Source: an uncultured Treponemataceae bacterium (lineage in GTDB: Bacteria; Spirochaetota; Spirochaetia; Treponematales; Treponemataceae). From it: DNA of 33,248 nucleotides. The notes under the pieces were generated by a model that worked only from the letters and a program-made list of their open reading frames with translations, made no database searches and was not told the DNA's origin. The stretch is taken from positions 1-33,248 of the forward strand of contig CAYJNB010000001.1 of the NCBI GenBank assembly GCA_964371205.1, written 5' to 3'. Each line of letters begins with the position of its first letter. The first letter of the stretch is position 1. The translations under genes were made by a program, and so were the position numbers. This document shows, piece after piece, positions 1 through 8,056 of this stretch.

Positions 1-632
1 CTCATTTTTCCGTTTCTTCCAAGATTGTAGAAAAACATAAAGCCTGAGTAAAAGTAAATACCTTCTAGGATATAGTTTGCAATCATTGTTTTAACCAAGG
101 TTTGTGCATCTTGTTTCTTTTGAAACTCGTTGTATAGGTCGCCAATAAATTTATTACGGCGGAGAAGGTGTTCGTCATTTTTCCATTGGTAGAGTATGTC
201 TGTGCGTTCGGTTGGGTTACAGATGGTGTCTAGCATGTAGCCGTAACTTTGTGAGTGCACGGCTTCTTGAAAACTCTGAATGGTAAGGCAAAGGTTTATT
301 TCGTTTGCGGTTACGTATTCACCAATAAAGGGCAGATTTGCTGTTTGAATTGAGTCGAGAAACACCAAAAATGAGAGAATCTTGTCGTAAGCGGTTCTTT
401 CTACTTCGTTCAATTTTCGATAGTCGCTTACATCACTTTGTAAGTTTACTTCTTCTGGTATCCAAAAGTTGTTCATAGCTTGGCGGTACCATTCTGATGT
501 CCACACATACTTAATATTATTAAAGTCATTTAGGTTGGTGGTATTTCCGCCAATTATGCGACGTTTATTTGTTTCTATGTCACCATTTTCATTAAAAAGG
601 TGCTTTTTTTCTAATTGTTCTCTTATATCCAT
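1..632 (-). CDS. nrdB: Class I ribonucleotide reductase beta (R2) subunit; C-terminus cut by window edge
   Basis: My own minus-strand translation from ATG at 632 reads MDIREQLEKKHLFNENGDIETNKRRIIGGNTTNLNDFNNIKYVWTSEWYRQAMNNFWIPEEV...FLDSIQ...QSFQEAVHSQSY...ILEGIYFYSGF. It stays open to base 1. GGAG lies 8 nt upstream, and the gene starts 21 nt downstream of nrdA. It is absent from the ORF track because it runs off the edge. Confidence 0.9.
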   Translation of the reverse strand, partial: MDIREQLEKKHLFNENGDIETNKRRIIGGNTTNLNDFNNIKYVWTSEWYRQAMNNFWIPEEVNLQSDVSDYRKLNEVERTAYDKILSFLVFLDSIQTANLPFIGEYVTANEINLCLTIQSFQEAVHSQSYGYMLDTICNPTERTDILYQWKNDEHLLRRNKFIGDLYNEFQKKQDAQTLVKTMIANYILEGIYFYSGFMFFYNLGRNGKM

Positions 633-653
633 TTTATTTACTCCAATATTTTT

Positions 654-3200
654 TTAACTAGCACATACTTCACATTCTTCGACTTCGAGGGATTGTGAGC
701 GAACATAGTAAATCGATTTTAGTCCATATTCCCACGCTTTTATGTATAGTTCAAGTACTTGACGTAATGTGTAGTCGGTGGTTATATAAAGGTTTAATGA
801 CTGTGCTTGGTCTATGTGCCGCTGACGTGCTCCGGCTGCCTTGAGCGACCAGTTTTGGTCGATTTGGTGTGCATTTTTGTAAAACCAAAATGTTTTAGGC
901 GATAATTCTGGTGCAACGCGTGGAACTATAGTGCCCTTTTTTTCTTCGAGGAAGTACTTTTTCATTACTGGGTCTATGCCGGCAGTTGTTCCTGCGATGA
1001 TAGAGGTTGAGCTTGTTGGTGCTATTGCTCCAATATATGCGTTTCGAACGCCGTGTGTCATTGTTTTTTCTACGATTGGCTGCCAACTTTCGTGGGTATA
1101 GCCTCTTTTTTTAAAGTAGGCGCCGGTTTTCCAATCCGAGTTCTCGCAGTATTCGTAAGCACCTTTTTCTGCAGCTAGGTCTGCACTTGCTTCTACTGCT
1201 GCACGGTTTATACGCTCAAAGAGGGTGTCTGCAAACTGTACGTGCTCGTCGCTTTCCCATTGAATGCCGTTTTTCGCTAGTATGTGGTGATACCCACTTG
1301 CTCCCAGTCCAATTGAGCGATATCGTTTATTAGTTATTTGTGCATATTCGATGGGATAGTAGTTAAGGTCAATTACGTTATCAAGTGCTCGCACTGTTGT
1401 ACGTACAATATCTTCTAATTCACCCTCTTTCTCGATATCTATGTTTCCCAAAACGAGTGAGGCAAGGTTGCAGACTACAAAGTCGCCAGGTTTGGTAATT
1501 TGTGTAATTACTTCTTCTCCCTCTGGGTTTTCGGGAGTTTTTTCTATTGTAATACTGCGCTGAAGTACTTCTACAGGACTCATATTTTGTGCTATTTCGG
1601 TACAAAGGTTTGAGCAGTAAATAATACCCTTTTGCGGATTAGTATTATACTTGTTTACAGTATCGCGGAAAAATGCAAAGGGTGTTCCTGTTTCTACAGC
1701 TGATTTTAAGATGAGTCGAACAAGGTCTTTGAGCGGAATAACACGCTTGGAAATTCTGCTATCTGCTACACACTCGTTGTAGCGTATCTCCCATTCTTCT
1801 CCCCAAGAATCTTCTATAGAATAACCTTTTATAGTTTTTATTTCGTGGGGACACATAAGGTACCAATCAGAGTCAATATTGTCCCTCACTGTTTTCCAAA
1901 AAAGATCTGGGTAGCAGACTGCAGGAAACACGTCGTGCGCCTTCATACGATCATCGCCATTGTTTGTACGTAGTTGCAAGAACTCGGGTAGGTCTTTGTG
2001 CCATGCGTCGAGGTAGACGGCAACAGAGCCTTGGCGCACGCCTAATTGGTCTACGGCGACAGCTGTATCGTTTGCAACCTTAATCCAACGTATTATTCCT
2101 CCCGCAGCCCCTTCAAAACCGCGGATAGGGGAGCCGACTGCGCGAACCTTTCCAAAATAGAGTCCCATACCACCTCCAAATTTGGAAACGCGTGCAAAGT
2201 TATCGATTGAACGATAAATACCATCGAGAGAGTCTGGAACAGTATCTATAAAGCATGAAGAAAGCTGGTGGTACGGTTTTCTGGCATTTGAGAGTGTAGG
2301 GGTTGCAACAGTAATTTGTAGTTTGCTTAGAATATCGTATATTTTTTTTACCCATTCCGAACGATTATTTTTTTCGTTCATTGCCAAATGCATTGCTATC
2401 CCTAAAAACATTTCTTGTGGTGTTTCAATTGGGGTATTTTTTCTGGTGCGAATAACATATCGTTTTATAAGTAAGTCTAGTCCGCTATATGTAAATAAAT
2501 TATTTCTTTTTGAGTCTATAAATTGTTCAAATGATTCTATCTCTTTTTTAGAGTATGCTTTGCGAATGTAATCGCCGTATAGCCCATGCTCTTCTAAGTA
2601 CGTAATTTTTTCGTAAAATGAATTTATTTGCTTTTTTTTCATTTCGGTTTCTAAGCGCATGTTAAATTGTACAAAAAGTAAACGTGCTGCTATGTGTTCC
2701 CATTGAGGAGCTTCTTGGGAAGTTAGTTCTACAGTAGCCTTAATGAGTGCAGAAAGTTTTTCTTCTTCTGTCATTGTATCGTGATAAAATGATATAAATT
2801 TATGGTATAAAATTTCTAATGAATATTCATCATCTGTAAAATCTTCTTGAATCTTTTTAAAAATAGATAAAAGCTCATTGCAGTCAATATGAGCACATAA
2901 GTGTTCCCGAGCTGTGCGCATTTTACTTCGATTTTCTCTGTATAAAATAAAGCTTTTTGCTTCTTTATAAAAATTATGTTCAACAAGTATTTTTTCTACA
3001 ATATCTTGAATCGTTTCTACTTGAATCTTGTTTTCGCACTTATACTCAGATTCAGCTGTTTGTATTACCTCTTCTGTTATCGTCTGAATTACGGGGTCTT
3101 CAGTGTCGTCTCCAACACTAACAAAAGCTGCTTGAATTGCTAGTATAATCTTTGTTTTATCAAAAGCTTCTTCTTGTCCTGTTCTCTTAATTATTGTCAT
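654..3200 (-). CDS. nrdA: Class I ribonucleotide reductase alpha (R1) subunit with N-terminal ATP-cone
   Basis: ORF track 654..3212 (852 aa). It has an ATP-cone-like N-terminus (IIKRTGQEEAFDKTKI), the NLCTEI active-site motif and a C-terminal Cys pair (ECEVCAS), and is followed by nrdB. I prefer the ATG at 3200 (MTIIKR), which is preceded by GGTGGG, over the TTG at 3212. Either start is possible. Confidence 0.93.
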   Translation of the reverse strand: MTIIKRTGQEEAFDKTKIILAIQAAFVSVGDDTEDPVIQTITEEVIQTAESEYKCENKIQVETIQDIVEKILVEHNFYKEAKSFILYRENRSKMRTAREHLCAHIDCNELLSIFKKIQEDFTDDEYSLEILYHKFISFYHDTMTEEEKLSALIKATVELTSQEAPQWEHIAARLLFVQFNMRLETEMKKKQINSFYEKITYLEEHGLYGDYIRKAYSKKEIESFEQFIDSKRNNLFTYSGLDLLIKRYVIRTRKNTPIETPQEMFLGIAMHLAMNEKNNRSEWVKKIYDILSKLQITVATPTLSNARKPYHQLSSCFIDTVPDSLDGIYRSIDNFARVSKFGGGMGLYFGKVRAVGSPIRGFEGAAGGIIRWIKVANDTAVAVDQLGVRQGSVAVYLDAWHKDLPEFLQLRTNNGDDRMKAHDVFPAVCYPDLFWKTVRDNIDSDWYLMCPHEIKTIKGYSIEDSWGEEWEIRYNECVADSRISKRVIPLKDLVRLILKSAVETGTPFAFFRDTVNKYNTNPQKGIIYCSNLCTEIAQNMSPVEVLQRSITIEKTPENPEGEEVITQITKPGDFVVCNLASLVLGNIDIEKEGELEDIVRTTVRALDNVIDLNYYPIEYAQITNKRYRSIGLGASGYHHILAKNGIQWESDEHVQFADTLFERINRAAVEASADLAAEKGAYEYCENSDWKTGAYFKKRGYTHESWQPIVEKTMTHGVRNAYIGAIAPTSSTSIIAGTTAGIDPVMKKYFLEEKKGTIVPRVAPELSPKTFWFYKNAHQIDQNWSLKAAGARQRHIDQAQSLNLYITTDYTLRQVLELYIKAWEYGLKSIYYVRSQSLEVEECEVCAS

Positions 3201-3220
3201 TTTTCCCACCAATAATGATA

Positions 3221-3267
3221 ACGCTATATAGAGCGTTAATAATATTTTATAACACTATATATGGTAT
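3221..3267. promoter_or_regulatory. Tandem NrdR-box-like operators upstream of nrdA
   Basis: Two 16-bp palindromic boxes: ACGCTATATAGAGCGT (3221-3236) and ACACTATATATGGTAT (3252-3267). Their centres are 31 bp apart. They resemble the NrdR box consensus as I recall it (acaCwAtATaTwGtgt) and its typical tandem spacing of about three helical turns. Confidence 0.7.
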
Positions 3268-3282
3268 TTTATATAAATGCAA
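3254..3282 (-). promoter_or_regulatory. Putative sigma70-type promoter of nrdAB
   Basis: On the minus strand: -35 TTGCAT (3282..3277), a 17-nt spacer, then -10 TATAGT (3259..3254). The -10 lies inside NrdR box 2, and box 1 falls just downstream of the predicted start site. Confidence 0.55.
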
Positions 3283-3385
3283 TATAATTTTTAAAAATAT
3301 TGTAAATATTTCATTTTTGTAATTAGTATAAAAAAATAAATCCTACTTTTTTTTGCGGAATTCACATGCATTTCACATTTTAAAC

Positions 3386-3414
3386 TTGCATTATAAAGTA
3401 AACTATGTTATATT
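3386..3414 (+). promoter_or_regulatory. Putative extended -10 promoter of the nucleotidyltransferase/PMI operon
   Basis: -35 TTGCAT (3386-3391), a 17-nt spacer ending in TGT, then -10 TATATT (3409-3414). The predicted start site is near 3421. Confidence 0.5.
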
Positions 3415-3420
3415 AATAAT

Positions 3421-3477
3421 TGACCGTTCGGGGTGAAGTACTTTTGTCTCTCTCCGGTCTTCACCTCGACACGGTCA
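3421..3477 (+). other. Long 5'-leader hairpin (about 18 bp stem, 20-nt loop)
   Basis: 3421-3438 (TGACCGTTCGGGGTGAAG) pairs with 3459-3477 (CTTCACCTCGACACGGTCA), with one G-U pair and one bulged C (3470). It begins at the predicted transcription start and lies 39 nt upstream of the ATG at 3516. No U-tract follows it. Confidence 0.5.
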
Positions 3478-3515
3478 TTCCTGTTATTTTACATTACAAG
3501 TCATGAGGAGTTCTT

Positions 3516-4427
3516 ATGAAACCAACATTGGTAGTTTTGGCAGCCGGAATGGGCAGTAGGTATGGCGGTGTTAAGCAAATTGATGGTGTTGGACTTCATG
3601 ATGAAACCTTACTTGATTATGCAACTTTTGATGCAAAACGAGCTGGTTTTGGCAAGGTTGTTTATATTATTCGTAAAGACATCGAAAAAGACTTTAGGGA
3701 ACGACTTTTTGATCGCGTTGCTCGTAATTTTGATGCTGACTATGTTTTCCAAGGTCTTGATTCCCTTTTAACTCCAGAACAAATCGCATTATCTAAGGAC
3801 AGAAAAAAACCTTGGGGTACCATTCATGCAGTTTTATGTGCAAAAGACGCTGTTAAAACGCCTTTTGCTGTGATTAATGCAGATGACTACTATGGACAAG
3901 ATGCTTACAAAATTCTTGGATCTCATTTAGAAAAACTAGAAAACACCGACACTGAACATGCTATGGTTGGATATATCCTCGAAAACACTATGAGCAAGAA
4001 TGGAACTGTTTCTCGTGGAATATGCGAAGTCTCTGATGGGTATTTAAAAACGATGCGTGAGCATACAAAAATAGGTTTTGGTGCTAACGATGCAATAATT
4101 AGTCAGATTGATGGTGGCGAAACTATTTTAACTGGTAAAGAATTTGTTTCTATGAACTTTTTTGGGTTTACTCCAAAAGCTTTTGACGATTTTGGTGTGT
4201 ATTTTGATACCTTTATTAAAGAAAATATAAGTTCAGAGAAGGCAGAAAGTTTACTTCCGGCCGGTGCAAACGAAATTGTAACAAGCGGAAAAGGAAAAGT
4301 AAAATTCTTTAGTTCTACCGAAAAATGGTTTGGTATGACTTATCCTGAAGACCGTGCTATTGTTAAGAGCGAAATTGCTCGAAAAATTGCAGAAAATTAT
4401 TATCCTGAAACATTGTGGGATAAGTAA
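3516..4427 (+). CDS. Sugar-phosphate nucleotidyltransferase (NTP-transferase fold), specificity unknown
   Basis: 303 aa. The N-terminal LAAGMGSRYGGVKQ signature is G-x-G-[ST]-R followed by KQ. AGGAG lies 8 nt upstream of the ATG. Confidence 0.7.
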   Translation: MKPTLVVLAAGMGSRYGGVKQIDGVGLHDETLLDYATFDAKRAGFGKVVYIIRKDIEKDFRERLFDRVARNFDADYVFQGLDSLLTPEQIALSKDRKKPWGTIHAVLCAKDAVKTPFAVINADDYYGQDAYKILGSHLEKLENTDTEHAMVGYILENTMSKNGTVSRGICEVSDGYLKTMREHTKIGFGANDAIISQIDGGETILTGKEFVSMNFFGFTPKAFDDFGVYFDTFIKENISSEKAESLLPAGANEIVTSGKGKVKFFSSTEKWFGMTYPEDRAIVKSEIARKIAENYYPETLWDK

Positions 4428-4460
4428 ATTTTAACTTTCGACTATTAAAAGAGGATTTTG

Positions 4461-5273
4461 ATGTTTAAGCTGCTACCTTTTACTTCGGAAAAAATTTGGG
4501 GTTACGAGCGCTGGGTCGTATCTACTCTTCACGAAGGTCTTTCTAGTGTTGAAGGTGAAGATATTACTCTTGATAAGAAGTTGCAGGCCGATTACCCTCT
4601 TTTAATAAAGCTTATTCAAGCTAATTCGGTTCTTTCGGTACAAGTGCATCCAGAAGATGAGTATGCTAAGCGAGTTGAAAATTCGTACGGTAAAACAGAA
4701 TGTTGGTATATACTTGATGCTCAAAAAGATGCAAGTCTTATTTGTGGTTTAAAAGGAACATTTGGTCGGGATGACTTAGCTAAGGCTATTGCAGAAAATA
4801 CACTAGAGAACTATTTATACTCTGTACCAATAGAAACAGGTGATTTTATTTTTATACCTGCTGGAACAGTTCATGCAATCAAAGGCGGTTTGCGCATTTT
4901 AGAGGTACAACAACCAAGTGATATTACCTATCGTCTATATGATTGGGGGCGTGGAAGAGAGCAGCATGTACAAAAATCGCTAGACGTAATTGAAAATGCG
5001 TTTAAACAAGATTTAAAACCCTATTCTTTACCAATTAAAAACTTTGCTCAGTTCAGTTGCGAATACTTTACCTTAGAAAAACTAGCTATTGCTCAAAAAT
5101 TTACCTACGCAGCCAAAAAGGAAACAGTGTTTATCGTTCTTAAAGGAACGGGATCTCTTACTGATGGACAGAAGACTTATTCTATAAAGGAAGAAGATAC
5201 TTTTATGGTTTTACCTGGAGAGCAAGCATTTTTTAGCGGCGAGTTAACCATAATGAAGATAATCGAATCATAA
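4461..5273 (+). CDS. manA: Class I mannose-6-phosphate isomerase (cupin)
   Basis: Motifs: EKIWGYERW, LIKLIQANSVLSVQVHPEDEYA, GKTECWYIL, FIPAGTVHAI, LEVQQPSDITYRLYDWGR. The track starts at TTG 4458. I prefer the adjacent ATG at 4461, which has AAGAGGA 5 nt upstream. Confidence 0.85.
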   Translation: MFKLLPFTSEKIWGYERWVVSTLHEGLSSVEGEDITLDKKLQADYPLLIKLIQANSVLSVQVHPEDEYAKRVENSYGKTECWYILDAQKDASLICGLKGTFGRDDLAKAIAENTLENYLYSVPIETGDFIFIPAGTVHAIKGGLRILEVQQPSDITYRLYDWGRGREQHVQKSLDVIENAFKQDLKPYSLPIKNFAQFSCEYFTLEKLAIAQKFTYAAKKETVFIVLKGTGSLTDGQKTYSIKEEDTFMVLPGEQAFFSGELTIMKIIES

Positions 5274-5330
5274 CTCATAAACAATGTAAATTTTACAACT
5301 TACAATTTTAATTTTAAACTAAATATTTTA

Positions 5331-5359
5331 TTGACAGTAGGATTTTTCTGTGTTATTAT
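5331..5359 (+). promoter_or_regulatory. Strong sigma70-type promoter of the KDG operon
   Basis: -35 TTGACA (5331-5336), a 17-nt spacer ending in TGT, then -10 TATTAT (5354-5359). Confidence 0.65.
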
Positions 5360-5367
5360 TTATGAAT

Positions 5368-5390
5368 TAAGTTCATACAGTATGAACTTA
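5368..5390. promoter_or_regulatory. 23-bp perfect palindrome, candidate operator (IclR/KdgR-type)
   Basis: TAAGTTCATAC-A-GTATGAACTTA lies immediately downstream of the -10 and overlaps the predicted start site. A further TGAA half-site sits at 5363-5366. Confidence 0.55.
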
Positions 5391-5412
5391 TAGTATATTA
5401 AAGGAGACGAAA

Positions 5413-6054
5413 GTGGATTCTGTAAAAAATTTTATTTTAGAACATAAAATTGTTACAATTTGTAGAAGAATTTACGGTTCTGATTTAGAGAACCTTGTTA
5501 GCGCATTGCATGATGGTGGTATTAACTTAGTAGAGGTTACCTTTGATCAAGCGGATCCAGAGTGTTTAAGAAAAACAAGTACTGCAATTGAATTATTGAG
5601 TAAAAAATTTGGTTCATCAATGAGAATAGGAGCGGGTACTGTACTTACAAAAGAGCAAGTAACAACTGCAAAAAATGCAGGAGCTTTATATATAATTTCT
5701 CCAAATGTTGATAAAGAAATAATTGAATTTACAAAAAGCGAAGGTTTAGTTTCTATGCCAGGTACAATGACACCTTCTGAAATGGCTGATGCTCATAAAT
5801 GGGGAGCAGACTTAGTAAAAGTATTTCCAGCCGGTTATCTTGGGACACGCTATATGAAAGATGTTCGCGGCCCTTTAAGCCACATAAACTTTATTGCAGC
5901 TGGTGGTGTTACAGAAGATAATATTAAAGAATATATTGACGCTGGTTATTCTGGTTTTGGAATTAGCGGTAGACTTACAGATGCTGCTCTTATAAAAGAA
6001 GGTAAGTTTGCAGAATTTACTCAAAGAGCAAAAAACTTTGTAACACAATTATAA
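5413..6054 (+). CDS. eda: 2-dehydro-3-deoxy-phosphogluconate (KDPG) / 4-hydroxy-2-oxoglutarate aldolase
   Basis: 213 aa. Motifs: GAGTVLT, ISPN, MPGTMTPSE, LVKVFPAG (Schiff-base Lys context), AAGGV. GTG start with AAGGAG 6 nt upstream. Confidence 0.85.
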   Translation: MDSVKNFILEHKIVTICRRIYGSDLENLVSALHDGGINLVEVTFDQADPECLRKTSTAIELLSKKFGSSMRIGAGTVLTKEQVTTAKNAGALYIISPNVDKEIIEFTKSEGLVSMPGTMTPSEMADAHKWGADLVKVFPAGYLGTRYMKDVRGPLSHINFIAAGGVTEDNIKEYIDAGYSGFGISGRLTDAALIKEGKFAEFTQRAKNFVTQL

Positions 6055-6070
6055 GTAATAGGAGAATAAA

Positions 6071-7096
6071 ATGAGCGGAAAGATAGTTTGTTTTGGAGAA
6101 ATTTTAATCAGATTTGGACCTGAAGGGTACTTACGATTTTTGCAAGCAGATAAAATGCTTGTAAACTATACCGGTGCTGAAGCGAATATGGCTGTAGCAC
6201 TCTCTCAATTTGGTATGAAGACAAAGGCTGTAACTAAGTTTCCTGATAACGAAATAGCCAAATGCGCTGTTGCAACAATGAAGAAATTTGGCGTAGACTG
6301 TTCAGATATTGTGTATGGTGGTGATCGTGTAGGTGTGTACTATGTAGAAAAGGGCGCCTCTCAACGTGCTTCAAAAGTAGTATACGATAGAAAATATTCT
6401 TCTATTTCGCAAGCTTCTCGCAGCGACTTTGATTGGGAAAAGATTTTAGAAGATGCATCTGTGTTTATTTTTACCGGCATTACAGCTGCATTGAGCGAAA
6501 ATATGAGTCCTATTATTGAGGATGCTTGTAAGGTTGCAAAGGCGAAAGGCATTAAAATCGTTTGTGATTTAAATTATCGTAAATATCTATGGTCTCCTGA
6601 GCAAGCAAAAAAAGTTATGACAAAGCTTTGCTCCTATGTTGACGTGTTAGTTGGAAACGAAGAAGATGCCGACAAGGTGTTAGGTATAAAATCTGCAAAT
6701 ACTGATGTAACTCAGGGTGTACTAAATAAAGATGGGTATATTGATGTTGCAAAACAAATTATTGATACCTATGGTTGTAAGACAGTTGCCACTACTTTAC
6801 GTACTAGCATTTCTGCTACAGTAAATAATTGGGCAGGTATGCTCTATACTGATGGAAAGGCATATTTTTCAAAAGAATATAATATGCACATAGTTGACCG
6901 TGTTGGTGGAGGAGACTCTTTTGCTTCCGGTTTAGTATATGCACTGGAAAATAGTTTTGAACCACAAAAAGCACTAGAATTTGCGGTTGCAGCATCTTGC
7001 TTAAAACACAGTATTGAACTTGACTTTAACCTTACTTCTGTCTCAGAAATTGAAACGCTTATGAACGGTGATGGTTCTGGACGAGTGCAAAGATAG
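6071..7096 (+). CDS. kdgK: 2-keto-3-deoxygluconate kinase (PfkB-family sugar kinase)
   Basis: 341 aa. PfkB family features: an N-terminal Gly-rich start and a C-terminal GGGDSFASG anion-hole motif. It sits next to eda. RBS is AGGAG. Confidence 0.75.
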   Translation: MSGKIVCFGEILIRFGPEGYLRFLQADKMLVNYTGAEANMAVALSQFGMKTKAVTKFPDNEIAKCAVATMKKFGVDCSDIVYGGDRVGVYYVEKGASQRASKVVYDRKYSSISQASRSDFDWEKILEDASVFIFTGITAALSENMSPIIEDACKVAKAKGIKIVCDLNYRKYLWSPEQAKKVMTKLCSYVDVLVGNEEDADKVLGIKSANTDVTQGVLNKDGYIDVAKQIIDTYGCKTVATTLRTSISATVNNWAGMLYTDGKAYFSKEYNMHIVDRVGGGDSFASGLVYALENSFEPQKALEFAVAASCLKHSIELDFNLTSVSEIETLMNGDGSGRVQR

Positions 7097-7121
7097 AAGA
7101 GAATAAACACTAGGAGATAGT

Positions 7122-8015
7122 ATGAAAAAATTATATGGTGTAATTACTGCAATGGTAACTCCATTTGACGAAAATGATAAAGTAAATCTTAAAGCGGTTG
7201 AAGAATTAACTGAGTTTCTAATTTCGAAAAAAGTAAACTGCTTGTACCCTTGTGGAACAACTGGTGAAATGCACTTAATGAGTGTAGAAGAAAGAGAAGC
7301 TGTAGCTGAAACAGTAGTTAAAACCGCAAAAGGGCGCGTAACAGTTTATATCCACGTTGGTGCAATGACAACTGCAGATACTGTTCGCCTTGCAAAACAT
7401 GCTCACTCAATTGGTGCAGATGGAATTGGTTGTGTAACACCAAGTTATTTTGGCTCAAGTGAAAGAGCAACTGAAGAATTTTTTACCGATGTTGCTAACA
7501 GTGTGCCTGCAGATTTTCCAATATATCTGTACTCAATTCCGCAATGTGCCGGTAACGATATTTCGCCAGCCCTTGCAGAGCGTTTGGCTCTTAAATGCCC
7601 AAATATTATTGGAATAAAGTATAGCTATGCAGATATGCACCGACTTTGCGAATATCGTCGTGTAAATGGTGGTAAGTTCAGTGTAGTTGCAGGTCCTGAT
7701 CGCCTTTTCCTTCCAGCTCTTTCTATTGGTTGTGACGGAACAGTTTCTGGTGTTTCTTGCCCAATGGCTGAACCGTTCGTAAATCTATACGATGCATATC
7801 TAAAAGGAGATATGGAAAAAGCTCAGCATTGGCATAATGTAGCAAATGATTGTGTAATTGCTCTAAAAGCCGGTTCTGATATGGGTATATTTAAAGCTGT
7901 TTTGCACGAACGTGGTCTTCCTAAAATGTACATGAGAAAACCATTGCTTAACTTAACAAATGAACAAGAAAAAGAGTATGCTTCTTTAACAAAAGAACTC
8001 GAAAAAATGCTTTAA
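7122..8015 (+). CDS. DHDPS / N-acetylneuraminate-lyase family class I aldolase, substrate unknown
   Basis: 297 aa. Motifs: GTTGEMHLMS and IIGIKYSYADM (Schiff-base Lys context). From sequence alone I cannot tell DapA, NanA, a KDG-type aldolase and KdgD apart. Confidence 0.75.
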   Translation: MKKLYGVITAMVTPFDENDKVNLKAVEELTEFLISKKVNCLYPCGTTGEMHLMSVEEREAVAETVVKTAKGRVTVYIHVGAMTTADTVRLAKHAHSIGADGIGCVTPSYFGSSERATEEFFTDVANSVPADFPIYLYSIPQCAGNDISPALAERLALKCPNIIGIKYSYADMHRLCEYRRVNGGKFSVVAGPDRLFLPALSIGCDGTVSGVSCPMAEPFVNLYDAYLKGDMEKAQHWHNVANDCVIALKAGSDMGIFKAVLHERGLPKMYMRKPLLNLTNEQEKEYASLTKELEKML

Positions 8016-8056
8016 TACTGAATTTTTCAGTAAAAATAAAAAACAAGGAGAAAAAA

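Noticed and set aside
469-657. A 62-aa plus-strand ORF at the nrdA/nrdB junction. Small ORFs also occur inside nrdA (895..1086, 1420..1605, 2323..2571).
   Set aside because: They are antisense or out of frame relative to the clearly recognisable nrdB and nrdA reading frames.
8016-8032. A 17-bp palindrome TACTGAA-TTT-TTCAGTA right after the lyase stop codon.
   Set aside because: The stem is short and AT-rich, it is followed by A's rather than T's, and there is no second copy in the window. That is not enough to call an operator or terminator.
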